NCBI GenBank assembly: GCA_963741945.1
Contig: CAVUKA010000005.1
Location: forward strand, 160,001-224,000
DNA length: 64,000 nt
Reading direction: 5' to 3'
From: an uncultured Gemmatimonadales bacterium
GTDB taxonomy: Bacteria; Gemmatimonadota; Gemmatimonadetes; Longimicrobiales; RSA9
The position numbers and the translations under genes are program-made. Under the pieces are notes generated by a model. The model was not told the DNA's origin. It was given only the letters and a program-made list of their open reading frames with translations, and made no database searches. Shown here piece after piece: positions 61,634-64,000 of this stretch (position 1 is the first letter of the stretch; each line of letters begins with the position of its first letter).

Positions 61634-61662
61634 AAGGTAGCGACGATCCGTTTCCTGCACAA
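61634..61662 (-). promoter_or_regulatory. Sigma70-type promoter of candidate sRNA
   Basis: TTGTGC-17 nt-TACCTT. Confidence 0.55.
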
Positions 61663-61754
61663 GCTCTCGGACAACGATGTCCAGAATGGCGCGCACCTCC
61701 GCCCGATACCGCCCCGCTTCCCTCCCCACGCCCCCCCCGACCCTCCTCCCCGCC

Positions 61755-61813
61755 TTGACATCCCGGCCGCGCATCGGCATCTATCTAACCGGGCGGTTTA
61801 ACCATACAGTTAA
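61755..61813 (+). promoter_or_regulatory. Promoter and tandem TetR operator palindromes
   Basis: TTGACA at 61755; overlapping TAACC-N4-GGTTT and TTAACC-N4-AGTTAA just before start. Confidence 0.6.
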
Positions 61814-61817
61814 GAGC

Positions 61818-62444
61818 GTGGACGAACGAGCGACGGAAGAACGGATCCTGAGTGCGGCGAACGCGGTCTTCCTGAAGAGGGGGACGGCAGGGGCGCGCAT
61901 GCAGGAGGTGGCGGACGAGGCGGGCGTGAACAAGGCGCTTCTGCACTACTACTTCGGGAGCAAGGAAGGGCTGGCGCTGGCGGTGTTCCGTCGTGCGCTG
62001 GCGGCGCTGCTGCCGCGGGTGGTGGAGATCCTGTGCTCGGAGGCGCCGCTCGAGGACAAGGTGAGGCGGGTGGTGGCGGTGGAGACCGAGGAGCTGGCGC
62101 GGAGTCCGTTTCTCCCGGGGTACGTGCTGAGCGAGCTGACGCATCATCCGGAGCGGGTGCGTGAGGCGTTCGAGTCCGCGGTGGGGACGAAGGTCGAGGA
62201 GATGGGAGGGCGGGTGCTGGCGTCGCTGGGACGGCAGCTGGAGGAGGAGTCGCGAGCGGGGCGGATGCGGCCGGTCTCGCCGGAGTACCTGGTGCTCAAC
62301 CTGTTCTCGCTGGTGATGTTCCCGTTCGCGGGAGCGCCGCTGCTGCAGGAAATCCTGGGTGTGGGAGAGGAGGGGTACGCCGCGCTTCTGGAAGAGCGGA
62401 AGGAGCGGCTGCCCGAGTTCATCCTGAACGCGATGAGGCCATGA
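61818..62444 (+). CDS. TetR/AcrR family regulator
   Basis: HTH ARMQEVADEAGVNKALLHYYFGSKE. Confidence 0.92.
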   Translation: MDERATEERILSAANAVFLKRGTAGARMQEVADEAGVNKALLHYYFGSKEGLALAVFRRALAALLPRVVEILCSEAPLEDKVRRVVAVETEELARSPFLPGYVLSELTHHPERVREAFESAVGTKVEEMGGRVLASLGRQLEEESRAGRMRPVSPEYLVLNLFSLVMFPFAGAPLLQEILGVGEEGYAALLEERKERLPEFILNAMRP

Positions 62445-63841
62445 GGATCGGGGTGCTGGTTCCAGGACTGCTGGTGAGCTTCGCACCACTGCTGGGGACG
62501 GGGGCCGGCGTGTCGGCGACGCCGGGCCCCCACCCGCAGCGGGCGCCGGCCGCGTCGCCGGACACGGCCGCGCCGCTGTCGCTGGGCGAGGTGGTAGCGT
62601 CGGCGCTGGCGACGCATCCGTCGCTTGCGGGGGCGGAAGCGAGCCTCGATGCGGCGGAAGCGGCCGCGGGGCAGGCGAAGTCGGCGTGGCTGCCCACGGT
62701 GGCGGCGGCTGCGGTCGTGACGCGCTACCAGGAGCCGATGGTGGTGGCGCCGCTGCACGGGTTCGACCCGCGCAATCCGCCGACATTCGACGAGACGCTG
62801 TACCAGGGCCGGGCCACGCTGGACTACACGCTGTTCGATGGTGGCGCGCGGCGCGCGCGCGTCCGTGTGGAGACGAGCGCGGCCTCGGCGGCGAGGGCGG
62901 GTGTGGAAGCGACGACGGAGCAGGTCATTGCCGAAGCGGTCTCGTCCTATCTGGCCGTGCTCACGGCCGAGGAGGTGCTCGCCGCCCATCGGCAACGTGT
63001 GGAGGCGCTGGAAACGGAGCATTCCCGCTCGCAGCTCATGTTCGCGCAGGGGAAAGCGCCGCGCGTGGCGGTCCTTCGCACGGAGGCCGCGCTCAGCAGG
63101 GCGGCGGCGGAGCTGGAATCGGCGGAGGAGCAGCTTCGCCTCGACCGGCGCCGGCTGGCCCGCGTTTCGGGGCTGGAGGCGGCTCGCGTCATGAGTGCCC
63201 CGCTCGTGCCGACGGCGCCGTCGTCGGAGCCATCGCTCGATGCGGATGCGCTGGTGGCGGACGCGCTCGAGCAGAGCCCGCGGGTCACGCAGGCGGAGCG
63301 GCGGGCGGCCGCGGCCCGGACGGGCGTGGCGGCCGCGCGCTCCGCGTTCTTCCCCCGGCTGGCGCTCTCGGGGGCGTACAGCGCGTTCGGGAGCCCGTCG
63401 GCGGAGCTTCAGCCGGAGTGGAACGCCGGAGTGCAGGTGAGCTATCCGATCTTCACGGGCGGCGCGCGGCTGCGTGCCGTGGATCGGGCGGAGGCGGAGG
63501 CGGTGGCCGCGGCGGCGGCGACGGAGACGGTGCGTCGCCAGGTCGCGGATGCGGTGGACCAGTCCGTCGCGGCATACCGGTCGGCGCGGGCGCGGGCGCA
63601 CGCGCTCGACGCGGCCGTGGCGCAGTCGGAGGAAGTGGCGCGCATCGAAGCGCTGGCGCTGGCGCAGGGCGCCGGGGTGCAGACGGATTATCTGCAGGCG
63701 GAGGCGGACCTGCTGTCCGCCCGGGCCTCGCTGGCGGAGGCGAGGCACGCGGTGCTGGAAGCGCGAGTACGGCTGGCGCAGGCGGCGGGTCTCCTGAGCG
63801 TGGACTGGGTGGAGCGAATGACGGAAGGGGTGGAGCCATGA
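62441..63841 (+). CDS. TolC family outer-membrane efflux protein
   Basis: Signal peptide, duplicated OEP repeats (LFDGG, PIFTGG). Confidence 0.88.
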   Translation: MRIGVLVPGLLVSFAPLLGTGAGVSATPGPHPQRAPAASPDTAAPLSLGEVVASALATHPSLAGAEASLDAAEAAAGQAKSAWLPTVAAAAVVTRYQEPMVVAPLHGFDPRNPPTFDETLYQGRATLDYTLFDGGARRARVRVETSAASAARAGVEATTEQVIAEAVSSYLAVLTAEEVLAAHRQRVEALETEHSRSQLMFAQGKAPRVAVLRTEAALSRAAAELESAEEQLRLDRRRLARVSGLEAARVMSAPLVPTAPSSEPSLDADALVADALEQSPRVTQAERRAAAARTGVAAARSAFFPRLALSGAYSAFGSPSAELQPEWNAGVQVSYPIFTGGARLRAVDRAEAEAVAAAAATETVRRQVADAVDQSVAAYRSARARAHALDAAVAQSEEVARIEALALAQGAGVQTDYLQAEADLLSARASLAEARHAVLEARVRLAQAAGLLSVDWVERMTEGVEP

Positions 63842-64000
63842 AGCGACGGATCGTGGTGGGCGCGATTGCGGCGCTCGCCATTGCGGTAGTGCTGTTCCTG
63901 GCGCTGCGGTCGCGCGCCGGCAACGGTGAGCTCGAGGCATCGGGAACGGTGGAAGCCACGGAAGCGGACCTCGGCTTCCAGATGGCCGGCCGCATCGTCG
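63838..64000 (+). CDS. HlyD family periplasmic adaptor (YbhG-like), 3'-truncated by window
   Basis: MKRR plus TM, ASGTVEATEADLGFQMAGRI. Confidence 0.8.
   Translation, partial: MKRRIVVGAIAALAIAVVLFLALRSRAGNGELEASGTVEATEADLGFQMAGRIV

Overview
High-GC bacterial chromosome segment. The gene set (ECF sigma with HEAT-repeat partners, TPR-kinase relic, several lineage-type hypotheticals) suggests Gemmatimonadota, but that is inference only. Most of the window is core and housekeeping: PBP1A (partial), trxB, ferredoxin-NADP reductase, asd-lysC, mlaEFD plus a second mlaD, rho, recF-dciA-gyrB, M16 peptidase, D-amino-acid aminotransferase, ssb, NSS transporter, hbd/thiolase/crotonase, leuB, cytochrome c plus cupredoxin, orphan PBP2, glycosylasparaginase-like enzyme and HD-GYP regulator. 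It also carries an ECF-sigma/anti-sigma/HEAT cluster, a complete chemosensory operon and the start of a TetR-TolC-HlyD efflux operon. I found no rRNA, tRNA, CRISPR or transposase. Three non-obvious features stand out. (1) A stand-alone, structured minus-strand transcription unit of about 300 nt at 61.3-61.7 kb, with its own promoter, a terminator, a 14-nt perfect complement of the 16S rRNA 3' tail and a 21-codon sORF. (2) A DnaA-box/IHF-site oriC-like intergenic region at 29.2-29.6 kb with no dnaA in the window, flanked by a ribbon-helix-helix-like gene and two paralogous unknown proteins. (3) A dispersed CGCGGAG-core repeat family forming inverted tandem arrays at gene ends. All calls are by eye; no database search was run.
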